NCBI GenBank assembly: GCA_013239625.1
Contig: MU053758.1
Location: 3,643,490-3,707,489, forward strand
From: Lama guanicoe
Taxonomy: Eukaryota
Direction: 5' to 3'
DNA: 64,000 bases
Below, piece after piece: positions 22,434-36,290 of the stretch. Under the pieces are notes generated by a model. The model saw nothing but the letters and a program-made list of their open reading frames with translations. It had not been told where the DNA came from and made no database searches. The number at the start of each line of letters is the position of its first letter. The first letter of the stretch is position 1. Position numbers and translations under genes: made by a program.

Positions 22434-25400
22434 AGGCCATCCAGTCGAGCCCAAGATTCTGCCCTTGTTAATTGGAAGTTAGCCCATCCAATGACATTCT
22501 TTTGTGTCACGTGATTGGGGAAAGCCGTAATCATCTCCTGGCCCACCCAGCATTTACGGAGGGACTAGGATTGAATCAAGGAATAGGTTGCACAAAGGGG
22601 CAGCAGCGGACTCCCCTTCCATCTGCTTTGAGAGAAGAATCTTTCAGTGTAGCATCCCAAGCCTTGGAAGACTTGAGGTGGATAAGGACTGACTCGGCCA
22701 TGGCTGAGAAGGATGAACCGCTGTTCATGTGATGCTGCCTGCGTATCACTGAAAAGGACTGTAGGGGAATTTTAAAGAGAGAAGCTTTGATAATTAGTTT
22801 GACACCAGAGAAGGTTTTGGAAGAAGAGGATTGTTTGGAGAAAAGGCTGAAAAAAATACAAGCTGAGAGAATCGTAGAAATGCATAGAAAGTATCTGGGG
22901 AAAGTATCTGGAAGCAGATGTGAGAAAGGAATAACGCAGAGCTTGTCCAACTTTTCCGCTGAGTTATTCACAGCATTAGCACAGAGCAGTACTTGAAACA
23001 GTTGGGGGACAGCCCAAAGGAGCTTCCTCAAGCATGAAAACTTCATGGTGACTTTAACATAACATCGTCCTAAAATTTCCAGTTAGACTTTCTAACGTTT
23101 TGACCAACTCTCCAAGTATAACTGACACACGGGGGAGACGCACCGTCTCCTGTCCTGGACTCCCATGCTCAGCCTTACTGGGTTCCGTACAATCTGATTT
23201 AAGAACCAAAGGTTGAAACGTACCAAGGGGAGGATCTGTGGTCACACAATTGAATCCCAGGACCTGGGCACCAAGGAGAGAAAATGCAGAGACACAACAT
23301 AAGAAGAAGATTTTGCAAGGAAGCTTGGAGTCATTTGGGGTTGATTTGGGAGGTGAAGGAAGGCACCAGAAGGTCAGAGGAAGGGGTGACCCAAGCTCTG
23401 AATATCTATAAGTTGCATGATTATAGGCACCACCCGGTTCCACCTGCATCTCAGGGAGCCACTCCCCAACCTCCATTGTGATTTTGGCTGCTCGCCAGAG
23501 GTGGTTTTATTGACAAGTTATTGGAGTTCTTCCCCTGAGCGAGCTTTCATGATAGTTTTCACACGATGCTCCGCTTGAGTCTCACATAAAAGGTCCTTCA
23601 TCTACCCTCTCCAAAGCCATTATCACCACTTATTATAATGCCGTTTGGACCAAAAGCCCCACTGCAGTACAGAGACCCCTAGACTTACAATAATATCAGA
23701 ATGTCCTTGTTTTCCTCCAAGGCAATTAAAGGGGGAGAAAGAGATAGGTCTTGAGTCAGGCATGACCGAGACTTTCCAAGGTTAGGCAGCAGCAGTCACT
23801 GGGAGCTCCTGTCTCACTCATCTGGGCCTGGAACAAATAAAAAGGCCATAAATCAGACTGATGGGCATTTACTCTCAGGGACCAGCACAGGCCTCCTGCC
23901 TCCCAACTCTCATCAACCAGATCCAGAGCACTGGCTTTGCAGCAAGGCACCATTTCCACAAGCCTGCCTTCCTCCCTCTCCGCAGCACAGACTAAATGCC
24001 GAGAGCATCCTCCAAGCTCTTTGGCCTTGTCTGCTGATTGGCCAGTGGAGCACCATAGAGGCTTTAATCAAAGGAGAATGTTTAGGTTCTAAGTATAAAG
24101 AAGATTCAAGGATTGGGTGGACAAAAAAATTGGAAATAGAATTGCATACAATGCAGGGAAACCGGAGAAATGGGGAGAGATGGGGACAGGGAGAGGTATG
24201 TTTCATAAAAGAGAAGAACACAAAGAAGAGGCAAGGAAGAAAACTGGAAGGAATCCTCTGAACAGCTCATCTTCAAATGAAGGAACTTGGAAAATGGAAA
24301 ACTGAGAAATCGCTGAGACACCTTAATTGGTGGACTGAAAAGCGGTCCACCTTGCAGAGTGTCCTGCAAGATGTAAACGAAGACTCAGAAAAGATCTGCA
24401 GACATGGGGCCACAGCTTCTGCAGCCTCAGACAGAAATGACATTGTTCCAAGGTTTTCAGACCAGAGCATCACCTCCACGATCCAGTCTGAGATTTGTTT
24501 GTAGCTGAGAAATGCGCTGTTGTCTACACCCAGGTGGCAAAATTATTAAAAGGGGCACCGCTGCCGGCTCCTGAATGAAGGAATGTGGGGAAGAGAAAGG
24601 AAGAAAGGAACAAGGCATGGCTTCAGGTTATGACCAGTCAGCAACCACACAGAAGAGGAAGCAAAGAACAGGTTACACCTGTCACCTGCCGGTTTTTCCC
24701 GGAGATTCCTTTTTATCCCTACAGAATGGCACAAGAATTCAGAAGGGAGACAGCAGACCGACTGGCTGGTAAGTAAACGTAATGCTACCATCCCTTGTAA
24801 ACCCAACTTCTTTCTTATAATGTTTTCAGAATATCAGTAGGCTTGAGTGAATTTGCTTCTTGAATTAGTGGGTAAAATGGGACTCCATGGTTATCAGATC
24901 TCCTCATTGAAATACTTGCAAATTGTAGTCATTCAGAGAGAAACTGAGCAGTCAAGGGACTGTCAAACCCACTTTTTTATTTAGTCCAGCTTTATTCAAA
25001 CACACTCATTGAGCAGCTTCTCCATGCTGGGCATAGGACAAAATTGAAACAGAAGAATTATAGTTCCTGTAGCAGATTTTCTTTTAGAGAACAACTCAGG
25101 CTAAAATAGGTCCAAAAAATGTATGAGAAATAACAAGATGAAGAGGTGAGATATTTAAAAGGTGTGAGATGGACATTTGGAAATATGTTTGCATTTGATG
25201 TAATTAGGAAATTGTACATATGACATTGAAGGTAGCAATTATTTGTTGACCTTCTACCAAGCGCCTGGCGTAGTCCCAGGATTGGGGACAGGAAGGGGTG
25301 GTGGAGGAGGGGAGGACCAAGGATGGTGAGGGGGATGGCGTGCCCCTGCCCTCTGAGAGCCTTCAGTCCTGCTGAACATATAATGAAAGTGATTTGTGAA

Positions 25401-26138
25401 TGGTAACATGATGAACATATACAAGGGATTCTGATTATTTCTCTTCCTCAATGAACAACTGGTTTTAGTAACAGCAGTGGGTGGACTGGCCTTCTTTGGT
25501 GATTCCCCACCATTAAAATCACCAGGGTCCTCAAGCTATTTTCAGATCCTATGGAACTTTCATTCTTTGTACCACTCTTTATGGCATAAATTCTCAGAAA
25601 TGGTTTCTCTAGCATAAACACTTCCTTCAAGGAAAAAACATCAAAATATTGGGGTAATTATGGTTCTGTCATCCTGCTGACACAATCTGAGACTTGGCCT
25701 GTGTAAAGGACAATGGTTAAGAGCACAGTTGCTGGAGGCAGACTGCCTGGCTCTAAATCCTTGTGTGACCTTGAGCATGTTACTTAACCTCTCTGAGCCT
25801 TAGTGCCTCATCTGCAAGATGGGGATAACAATAATATTGGCTTCGTAGGATTTCTGTCGGGATTAAATGAGTGTATGTATGTAAACTTATCCCTGACTTA
25901 GATCAATGCCTGACTCATAGCAAGAGCTTGAGTGCAAAGAATGTGAGCTTCAGTGATGACAGTGATTGTGATGATAATGGTGATGATGATGAAAGGGTAA
26001 TTGTGGTGGTGATGATAGTAATGTGATAGTGATGATAGTAATGATAGACTGTTTGGTTTCCAGGGAAGCGCTTCACATCCCCCTCAAGCATACTGATCCT
26101 CTCTCCACTGTATTCCTTCCCAGGAACCCGAACCACTT

Positions 26139-26163
26139 CACACACACACACACACACACACAC
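26139..26163. repeat. (CA)n microsatellite
   Basis: Direct reading. Confidence 0.95.
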
Positions 26164-27452
26164 TCATCAAAGCCAATATTTTAATTATAAATGACAGGGC
26201 ATTGGACATGAACTTAAGAAATGCAAGTCAGGGGCCCCATTGACTTATTCCATGTCACCAGAAAAACCCCTCTACCACTGAGTGACTCACCTCTCCCTCT
26301 CCTTACATGGGAAGGACAGTGCTTGCCTCTCTCATGGTGCAAGAATATGTGGCTTTATTTTGTTAGACAGCTTTGAACTTGTTGGATGAAAGGAGCTATT
26401 TAAGTACAAAGGAAGGGGTGAAGGTGCTTGGGCCAGGTGCTAAATTAAGACTGATCAAGATTGCTTTTTCTTGTTGGGACATATTCTTGGATAAGTATCG
26501 CCAGAATGTGTCACCTGTGCCCAAACACCTCTACGCTTGGGAAAAAGAGCAGAGGCACAGTGGAGGTGAAGGAAGGAAGAGGATAACAGCCTCTGGCCCT
26601 TCCATAGCTTCCTGTGATGGAAGTCCTGATGGTTCCCAAGCAAATCAGTCCTGTCTACACAGGATAGTGGCCAACAGGTAGGATTCTGGTCTTGAGAGCA
26701 GTTGGAGGCACACAGCGACCAAGTCCTGGCTTAAGCTCTCTCCTCCTCAGAGATTTGGGACTATGGTCACTCCCACATCAGGATGGGCTGGACTCAACAA
26801 ACATCAGCTGGACTTTGTAAATTTCTCAGCAAGCTACTCTGATTCAGTGAGTTCATGGAATAGAGAGGAAAGACAAGAACCAATACTGGAGTCAGTGTGT
26901 TGGCTCCACTTGGAGTTTCACTGATTTATAAGACCTAGAAAGTAGGGAAGAGATTGAATTTGGGGGCTAGGAGACCCTCTACAACCATCTCATCCAGCCC
27001 CATCAGAGGCTTGAGCGACCTTCTCAGCATCCCCACCAGGTGGTTGTAAATGCCATCCTTGAACGTCTCCAGTCACAGGGAACTCAGAGCGTGGCCAGCT
27101 CTGAGGCTGCTTTCTGGAGACGCGCTGTTCTCGGCCACGGCTGCCTAAATACAGAGCTTCTGGTTCATGTGTCTATTCCGGTGTCTGTTCATGTGTCTAT
27201 TCTGGTTCTGTTCCAAGCTGGGCAGCGGCCAGAAGGACTCGCCAGTGGAGCCTGTGGGGGAGCTTGGGTGGGTGGCCTTTCCTAGACTGATGGGTGTGTC
27301 AGGCTCAGCAATTACCATCATTTAACATGTTCAGCCTGTCTCCATGGGATCAAGAGCTCCTCACCCTTGAGACCTATCAGGAGAGTAGGGCCAGTCCCTT
27401 CTGCAGTGAGTCTGGCCAGTCAGCATCTCATTCCCCAAATATACCCCCTGAC

Positions 27453-27622
27453 CCAGTGGATCTCAAACTTGAGTGTGCACAGAATCACCTGGAAGGCTCG
27501 ATCAAAACAGACTGCTTATTCAAAAAGTCTGGGGAGAGGACCCAAGGATGTGCATTTCTACCAGTTCCCAGGTGATGCTGATACTACTGACTGGAGGACC
27601 ACACTTTCAGAACCACGACCCT
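27453..27622. mobile_element. MER5-like hAT MITE (similar copies at about 16830-16960, 48264-48430 and 50110-50275)
   Basis: cagtggatctcaaacttgagtgtgcacagaatcacctggaagg...ttcccaggtgatgctgat...gaccacactttcagaaccac. Confidence 0.7.
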
Positions 27623-28213
27623 AAACCTTCTCATGTTTAATTTTTTGCCCCTGCAAAGCTTCCAAAGTATGGGCTTTGGATCTGGTTCAGAGAAACTGGG
27701 GTTCAAACCTTCATTCAGCCACCAGCTGAGAATAGTAACAGCTTTGGTCCCTCTTTGCAGGACCCTGTGTCACCATGTCCATAAAACCCCAGCACAATGC
27801 CTTGCTCAACAGGGCTGTGGGATCACAAAAGCTAACTTTAAGTAGAGCCGGCTGAACCTCTGCCCTGCGTTTTTCCTTTGTACAAGGACCAGATAAAAGG
27901 AGGATTTTATTTAGTCTGTATTAATCTTTATTTTTAAAAACTCTGTATTTTAAAAGCTCTGTGAATCTGGCTTTCAACAGACTGGGTCAGGTCAAGAGAT
28001 GGGAATCTCTCATCTGTGCCACTTTGCTGCAGTCCTGTTTTTAACCACCGTCCTCAGGGGCTTCGCCCTCTCCCAGAACCGTTCTGGTGAGTGAGCCACA
28101 ACCCCTGCTTCTGCGGGAACGGCTGGCTCAGGGAGCTCCCAGCATCCCTCTCAGCCTAGGATGGAGAAACTGAGACCAGCAGACACAGGGAGCCTTGTGC
28201 TGCAGAAGGAAAG

Positions 28214-29983
28214 TTTATTAGCAAAATAAAAGCAAGGCCACCTGCACCATCTCAGAGAGACCGGGAGGCAATAGAAGAGAGAAACTGGAGCACTCACAAC
28301 ACCCTGAAGAGACGAAGCACAAATCCAAGGGCCAGGGCTGAGCTGCTGGATTTGAAAGTCCATCAACAGAGAAGCGCCGCCTGGCTTCAGTCTCCCCAAG
28401 GCTGGCTGGGGAAGAAAGACCCCCAGGAGGCAGGCCTGGGGGTGGAGCCAAGGCTGGTTCCCAGCTTCCGGCATCTCTGGCTGAGGACTGTGTCAGCATC
28501 GGGGCGATGAGCAGGGCCCACAGGAGGCCCGGGGAGACCAGGAAAAGCAGGAAGAGCTGGGGCTAATGGCTGCAACAGCCACACCGGTGCTGGAGGCTGG
28601 TACATGGGTTGCAGGAGAGCCTACGGAGAGAAAAAAAGGCATTTAAACATTAGCATGAGAAGTGCAAAAAAGTCCAAAAGAAATAGACACTTTAGAATTG
28701 GAAGAGCGAAGAGGAGATTAGACCTTAGAAGTCCCTCCAGTGTTCACAGCAAGGCTGCAGCCAGAGTTCAGGGCCCCCACGTGCAAAACCAGTGTTCTCT
28801 CCCACGTGGAAAGAAACATGGCAGAGAGACGGGGGGAAAGGCTGGCAGAGAAAGAGCAGGCCAAGGCCGGCCACGCCTTTAATTTAAACTCAGCCCCTGA
28901 GCTTGTTCCTTACTGCTGACAGGGGTACTCTCCTCCCTCCCTCTGTCACAGCGCTGCTGAGGAACTAAAATGAGAGAACAGATACAAATGCCTCGTGCAG
29001 TATTTTTACATGCTGAGAGTGAGGAATCCCTGCTGCTGGAAATATTCCAGAGACAATTTAGCAAAAGCAGAGAGCTCTTATTGAAAATGACCTAAAAGGA
29101 GGGGGTGGCACTGCAGACCCCACCTTTGGGGACAAATTGCTACCCCGTGAGCCTGGTGGGCTGTCTGGATGTGGAGGAGGGGGTGCGTGAACTCTGCGGC
29201 TCACACCATTCATTTTTGGACCACATTACACTCCCAGATGCTCACCCCCCTCACAGGGGCTAAAATACTGAGAGCTCAGTGCATTTAGGTTTTGCTAAAT
29301 TTTCTTACTCATGTGGTATCTATACTCATGCTCAAGAGAATCCAAGAACCCAAACTCCCTGAGCCTTCAGTGGGTGTTTGCCAGCCATGTCCTCCCCCCT
29401 TCCTCAGACCCAGCACACCCCACCCAGGCTGCTCCACGCCCTACCTTTCACTGAAGCTCCTCGATGGTGCAGAAGTGGCGCTGGTGGGCCAGACACACGG
29501 TGGACTCGTGGCATTTGCTCAACTCCTGGATCTGGGTCTCCAGCTCCACGCTGTCCCTCTCCAGCTGGTGCCCCTTCTCTAGGTAGTTGGCCAGACGGTC
29601 ATTAGGAACTGTATGGTCACCTTCTTGTGGCTGTCCAGGGTGCCTTCACTGCAGGTCCTGCAGATTCCGACATTGCCGGGAATGTGGCAGGTCCCTGGCA
29701 AGGGGCAGGCAGCATTGCAACTGGGGGGCAGGCAGAGGCTGGGTCAGCCCAGAGAGGTGGTCCCCACAAGGACTCAGTTGGCACTTGCTAGGGCGGACCT
29801 CTGCCCCAGGCTGGTGTCCAATGTCAGTGGAGGAGACGCAGACAGTTCTTGCTCCAGGAGTGTTGGTGCAGCCCAGGCAGTGGGATGTGTTGAGGCAGGA
29901 AGAAGTCATGGTGTTGGGCTGAGGATGCGCCTGGAAGGCCAAGCACTGAGTCTGACAACCCCTTCCCTCCCGGCCCTTTTATA
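28214..29983 (-). pseudogene. KRT37/KRT38-type pseudogene: disrupted exon 1 joined through an 824-bp intron to a hair-keratin last exon; exons 2-6 absent
   Basis: Exon 1 29445-29909 reads MTSS...GARTVCVSSTDIGHQPGAE[frameshift]AN*VLVGTTSLG*PSLCLPP...PLPGTCHIPGNVGIC...IQF[frameshift]NDRLANYLEK...SKCHESTVC...TIEELQ*K. Last exon about 28493-28620 (LSCNPC...PRASCG/PCSSPRC*). TATAAAA 29977-29983; AATAAA 28214-28219. Confidence 0.88.
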
Positions 29984-30913
29984 TCCCATCCCAGGTGGGT
30001 ATGGGCTCAATGCTTTGACCTCCCTGCCTTGATTGTCTGCCTGCTCTTGCACCATCATCCTGTTATTCAGCTGTTGAGTTTTCACAAGTGTTCCTCACCT
30101 CATTAACAGAATGTTGATGAATCTGAGGTGTCTCTTGGCACTTTGGTATCACGTTGGCTGTTGGTGGGAAGTCAGAAGATTTTTATTATTTTTAAAAGAA
30201 CAAAAGTCTTTTCAGGCATTAGATGTCTGACTGGAGCTGGCCTCCATGTTGATGTGTCCATACTGACGGTGTGACCATTCTTGTTGGCCATTGGAGTAGC
30301 AAGAGGGACAGACTTCTTTGACAACAGTAGCCTTGACCTATCCAAGGAAGAAACTGGTTCTTGGTTGATGTTGTGGATTTTGGTTATCAATAAGTTCTAC
30401 ATTTTTATTTCTTCTTTCTTCAGTTGTTTGCCTTTCAGCCTCACTTTAAGGGGCAGTAAGACTTGGATTAGTCCATTCATCCAACACGTCTCCCGGCACC
30501 TCCCATCTGCCAGGCACATACCTGACACGCGGCTGGTTCAGCTTGGTGTGGTCCTGTCCATCAGGAAGCAACCGTAACTAGGAGAGCCATGGGTGTTTGA
30601 AATAGGGTGTCTAAGAAAATGTCAGGACGAGGGTGGCTCTGAAGACCGTGCCTGATCCCGACCAAGAAAAGTGAGCTCAAGAAGTCAACCACAAACAGAA
30701 ACGAACAACAGTCTTGTTTCATCTCAAATAAGACCTTTACCATGGACCTCAAAAGATCTGTCTTATCAGAGTCGCTGCAGACCCTCTTCCTGCCTTACTT
30801 CTTTGATTCTAAAGTCAATTATGGAGCAGTTATCACGTGTGTTAGGGGACTTGTTGATGTATTGTTTAATCCTTCCTACCTCGTGAGAGGTGGGTGTTCT
30901 TATCTTCATTTTA

Positions 30914-30968
30914 CATACATACATACATACACACACACATACACACACACACACATACATACATACAT
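30914..30968. repeat. Compound (CATA)n/(CA)n microsatellite
   Basis: Direct reading. Confidence 0.9.
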
Positions 30969-31199
30969 AAGCCACTGAGACCAGAGATACGAACTCATGT
31001 TTCTCAGGTCACGCCCACTGTAAAGTGGTAAAGCCTCGTCTCAATGTGAGTTTTCCAATCCAGAGCCTCTTCTTGTTCACCTTGACCTCCACAAAGTTTC
31101 CCACCCCACCCCCAACAGGAGGACAACAGTGTCATTGCCAGAATAAAGAGGTTTATAAGGCTCAGAAACTGGGCAAGGTATTGAAACTGAGTTAAAATG

Positions 31200-32500
31200 A
31201 GTATCTGTCCCTCCTCCCTTCCCTCTCCCCTTTAGTGATCTCAAATTTGTTTTCTATATCTGTGAGTCTTTTTCGGTTTTGCATATACATTCATTTATAT
31301 TAGTTTTTAGATCCACGTGCATGGGATATTCTGCAATACGTCACAAATTAAAGGTGTGGGATTAACGGATATAAACTATTATGTGTAAATAGATAAGCAG
31401 CAAGGATATATTACATGGCACAGGGAATTATAGCCATTATCTTGTAACAACTTATAATGGAGTATAATCTGCAAAAATACTGAATCACTATGCTATACAC
31501 CTGAAACTAATATAATATACTTCAATTAAAAAGGGATTAAAAATAGAACCACCATATGATCCAGCAATTCCACTTCTGAAGGAAACAAAATCACTATCTC
31601 AAAAAGATAGCTGCTCCCCACATTCATTGCAACATTATTGACAAGGCCAAGACATAGAAACAGTCTGTCAGTCAAAAGACAAATGGATAAAGAAAATGCA
31701 ATATACATATACACAGTGGAATGTTTTCCAGCCATTAAAAAAAAAGGAAATTGTGCCATTTGATGCAAATGGGTGGACCTTGAAGGAATTACTCTACGTG
31801 AAATAAGTCAGACAGAGAAAACAAAAATGTGTGATCTCACTTGTTTGTGGAATTTAAGGGGGGAAAAACCAAACTCATAGACACAGAGAACAGACTGGTG
31901 GTTGCCCAGAGGTAGGGTCGGTGAACTAGGTGACAGTGGTCAAAAGGCACAAATTTCCAGTTATAAGATAAGTAAGTGCTGGGGATGTAGAGTACAGCAT
32001 GGTGATTATAGTTAACAATACTGTATTGTAGGGCGGGAAGGGGATAGAGCACATGCGTAGCATACACAAGGTCCTGGGTTCAATTCCCAGTACCTCCTCT
32101 AAAAATAAATAGGTAAACCTAATTATCCCCCAAAAATTAAAAAAATAAAAAACAAAGAAAAGAGTCCACCTTAAAAAAAAAAAGAATACTGGGGGGGAGG
32201 GTATAACTCAAGTGGTAGAGCACATGCTTAGCATGCACAAGGTCCTGGGTTCAATCCCCAGTACTGCCTCTAAAAACAAATAAATTAACCTAATTACTGT
32301 CCCCCAAAAACAACTTTAAAAAATTTTTAAGTCTAGAAAAAGGTAATTTTAAAAAGAGAATACTGTATTGTATATTTGAAAGTTGCTAGAAGAGATTTTT
32401 TTCTTCAGTTTTGAAGATTTTTTTAAATTCTTATTTTTATTAAAGTGTGGTTGATTTACAATGTTAGTTTCAGGTGTACAGCAAAGCAATTCAGTTATAC

Positions 32501-32541
<41 letters not shown>

Positions 32542-32910
32542 GATTCTTTTCCATTACACCTCACTACAAGAAATGGAATATAGTTCCCTGTGCTCTCCAG
32601 TAGATCCTTGTTGCTTATCTATTTTATATACAGTAATGTGTATCTATTAATCCCAAACTCCTAATCTATCCTTCCTCCTCCTTCCCACCGTGGTAACCAC
32701 AGTTTGTTTTCTATGTCCATGAGTCTATAAAAGAGTAGATCTTAAAAGTTCTCATCACAGGAAAAAACACTGTAACACAACTTGTATGTGTGGTGATGGA
32801 TGTTAACTAAACATTGTGGTGCTCATCTCACAATAGATACATACATCAAATCATTGTGTTGTACATTTAAACTAATTCGGTGTTATATGTCAAATATATC
32901 TTAGTTTTTT
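31200..32910. mobile_element. Nested LINE-1 3' fragments (both strands) carrying two SINEs and a (TA)n tract
   Basis: L1 3' motifs (accatatgatccagcaattccacttct; gtgaaataagtcagacagaga; agtagatcttaaaagttctcatcac). Minus-strand L1 pieces at about 31202-31338 and 32420-32728; (TA)n 32499-32537. Confidence 0.85.
32031..32356 (+). mobile_element. Two tandem tRNA-derived SINEs (vic-1-like)
   Basis: Two copies of ...tagagcacatgc(g/t)tagcat(a/g)cacaaggtcctgggttcaat(t/c)cccagtac... starting at about 32031 and 32191. Confidence 0.88.
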
Positions 32911-35341
32911 AATTTTTTTGACAACAATAAAAACCTCAAGAATCTGACGTTCTATGTTATTCTCTTTATATCTCAGAAAATACAGATATTACAGTACTAA
33001 AGCAACAGGGTTTCTCCAAGGACTAGGTAGGAAGATGCCCAGGGGAAAGCATTATCTCCAAGACGGTTATCCTTCATCCCACACTCCACTAGATCTGTTC
33101 CTACAGAATCGAGACAGCTGTTGGCTAAGGTCACAAAAGCTTCTCAAAATCTGTGGCCGAACATAGGCTCCAAGTTCTAAGACAGACCTAATGCAGAACA
33201 AGATCCCCCAAGTGGTTACAACCAGATCTTTGAGAAAATGAATATTGGCCGTGCTCTGAACCTTGAACAAGAGCAAACAGACATCTCTATAGGGACCAGA
33301 TATGTATAAGTGAAACTTAGACTGTTGGAATTCTACCAAGAAAAAATACGGAACTTGAGAATTCTGTCCAGACTGGGTTGCCCAGTAAAGGTAACCAGGG
33401 GTCAGCTCTGGCCTATGAGTCACTCGGAGCTCATCCATGAATAACAGTTTCAAGACACCATAACTAGGGGACGTCACCAGGCCAGGCCATCCCATCCTTC
33501 AGAGGCCTCAGGAGGCAATCTGCATAGGTTACATCCTCAAGCACCCCTTGGTTACTCTCCTCCACCCCATCACACAGCCATACGCTTCCCTCTAAACCAG
33601 AGACCTAGACTTTTAAAGTCACTTCTTTTGACTTGCTAAACAGAATTTATCTTTTGAGTTTATCCTCTGACAGGATTCATTCCACTGGCTAAAAACTGTA
33701 ATTTCTTTCATCTCAAAATACACAACACTTGTTACTGGCATGACATCACTTCTGAAGCTTTATACATCCAAATGATGCTCCTCTCAGCTAACGCTTGATC
33801 ATGGTCCCAAGTTGGGCTTCTACTGAAGATGCTGTTTTGTATAATGACACTGATATGGCATGTCCCCTTGTCAAGTCACTTGGTTCCACTGATTGGCATT
33901 TTTTTCAAAGGAGGTGAGTGTAGGCGAGGATCCTTGCCCTCATACCTAAGACGGTCTTCCTTCCAAACTCTCTAAAAAGAGTCCTGGTGGCCCTTGGTGA
34001 CCAGTATGAGCCAGGTTCGGTGACAGGAAGTGGTGGAGACTTCAGCCCTCTTGCATTCACCTGTGTGCCCAGAGCTCTGTGCACTGACTCTAACTTTAGA
34101 AATACTGATCTCTAGAAGCAGGAAGTCTACTGCCAGTGGAAGTGGGAAACTGTTCTTTGGGTGCTTTTTTCAAATATGGTGCTGATACACAGGAGTGTAT
34201 CTTAACCAGCAGAAGAGAAAGGTGTGGAGTTGCAGGCTAGCACCTGGAAATGTGCCGAAGCCACAGACTACCTTTTCTATGCACAGTTCCTGCTGCAGGA
34301 AGATGCACGAGGGCATTCAGAAGCTGGTAGCCTGTATGGAAACATAGCCCTTCACACCTTGCAGTAGATGCAAAGATGACAGACAACTCCTGTGTGTAGA
34401 GCCTTGTATGCCATGACTCCTGAGTGTTAGGAAATGGGGCTAAAGGCGATCAGATATTGGAGGGAAAGAGCACAGATGGGAAAGCAGACCCTGGAGCTCT
34501 GTGAGGGACCAGCTCCCTCAGCCCCGGGATTAGGGGTGTTGAATCTGACATGCGGGTGAATCTGTGGGTGGACACTCACAGCCCTGGGTACATGAGGACC
34601 CATCTAACATGTCCTTACCTGCGGAGAAGGGTCATTCACAGAAAGGGAAGAAGCACTTTCAGGACTCGACTCCTCCTTGGTCTAGACGCTCAGAAGTCTT
34701 AGGTCTGGGATGGAGCTCCCCTGGGAGCACCAGGTGGGTGTGGTGTCCAACATGCAGAGGGAAATGGGGGCTAGAAGGAGAGGGTCTCAGACAAGGTTGT
34801 TTTCCTGGTAGAACCACATGATTAGGACAAGCAGGCTATGAGCTAGTTTGTCTAGACTCATGATCCATAGATCCCCTTTGTTAGTCTTCAACGAGGACCT
34901 GAGTCTCCTCTCCTCTACCCACCCTCCACCTAGAGACAGGGAATCTGGGGTCGTTTATCCACCCCCGACCAGTGCTAGAACGAGAGAAGGCTCCCAAATT
35001 CTGGCTGTGGTGCTTAGTCCCCCAGGCACACAGGCACCAAAACATTTGGCTGCTTCTCCCCATTCTGGGACTCTCTTCCTAGGGCTGCCATGGCTGTATT
35101 AGGGCTTTATTCTCATTAAACATGGGGCATTTCCATACAGGCTCTGCTCCCAGCACTAGCCGGCTGGCCCAAAACAAGTCAACAAGCTCTGTGGTCCCTA
35201 GTCCCCCATCTGAAAATGCAAGCTCTGGAAGATATCATGGGCTGAAATTCTTGAGCCTAAGTAAGAATTACATGGTACATTTTGCAACCCAAGACATGTG
35301 TTACATATATGCAGAGAGTTTCCCATAGAGATGCTTGTCTT

Positions 35342-36146
35342 AACCCTACTTCAAAAAGACACCTGCACCCCAATGTTCATTACAGCACTATTTACAATAG
35401 CCAAGACATGGAAACAGCCTAAATGTCCATCAACAGATGACTGAATAAAAAAGATGTGGTATATTTATACAATGGAATACTATTTAGCCATAAAAATGAC
35501 AACAGAATGCCATTTGCAGCAACACGGATGTCCCTGGAGAATGTCAATCTAAGTGAAGGAACCCAGAAAGAGAAACAAAAATGCCATATGATATTGCTTA
35601 TTTATATGTGGAATCTTAAGAAGAAGGAGGAGGAGGAGGAGAAGGGGGGGAGGAAGAAGAAGAAGAAGAGGAGAAGGAGAAGGAGAAGGAGAAGAAGAAG
35701 AAGAAGAAGAAGAAGAAGAAGAAGAAGAAGAAGAAGAAGAAGAAGAAGAAGAAGAAGAAGAAGAAGGAAGAGGAAGAAGAAGAAGAGGAAGAAAGAAGAG
35801 GAAGAGGAAGAAGAAGAAGAAGAAGAAGACAAATGAACTTAAATAAAAAACAGAAACAACCTCATAGACATAGAATACAAACTTGTGGTTGCTGGGGGGA
35901 GGGGGGTGGGAAGGGACAGACTAGGAGTTCGAAATTTGTAGATACTGACAGATATAGAATAGATAAACAAGATTATACTGTATAGCACAGGGAAATGTAT
36001 ACAAGATCTTGTGGTAGCTCATAGTGGAAAAGAATGTGACAATGAATATATGTATGTTCATGTATGATGGAAAACTGTGCTTTACACTGGAAATTGACAC
36101 AACATTGTAAACTGACTATAACTTAATAAAACAAAATTTAAAAAAA
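35342..36146 (+). mobile_element. 5'-truncated young LINE-1 with TSD
   Basis: End of L1 ORF2 and 3' UTR; TSD AGAGATGCTTGTCTT (35327-35341) / AGAAATGCTTATCTT (36147-36161). Confidence 0.9.
35618..35829. repeat. (GAA)n/(GAG)n polypurine microsatellite
   Basis: About 210 bp of A/G only, with a long pure GAA core. Confidence 0.97.
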
Positions 36147-36290
36147 AGAAATGCTTATCTTTTCCAATTTCTATTCTGTTTCATTTCTCTGCATGTGTGT
36201 GTATATGTCAGGCTGATTAAAACCCACTAAAATGACTTCACAGACTATCAGTGACTCACAGCTGTAGTTTAAAAAACACTGGACCAGAAT

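Noticed and set aside
35456..35836. Poly-Arg/Glu and poly-Leu ORFs
   Set aside because: Translation of the GAA microsatellite and an L1 remnant.
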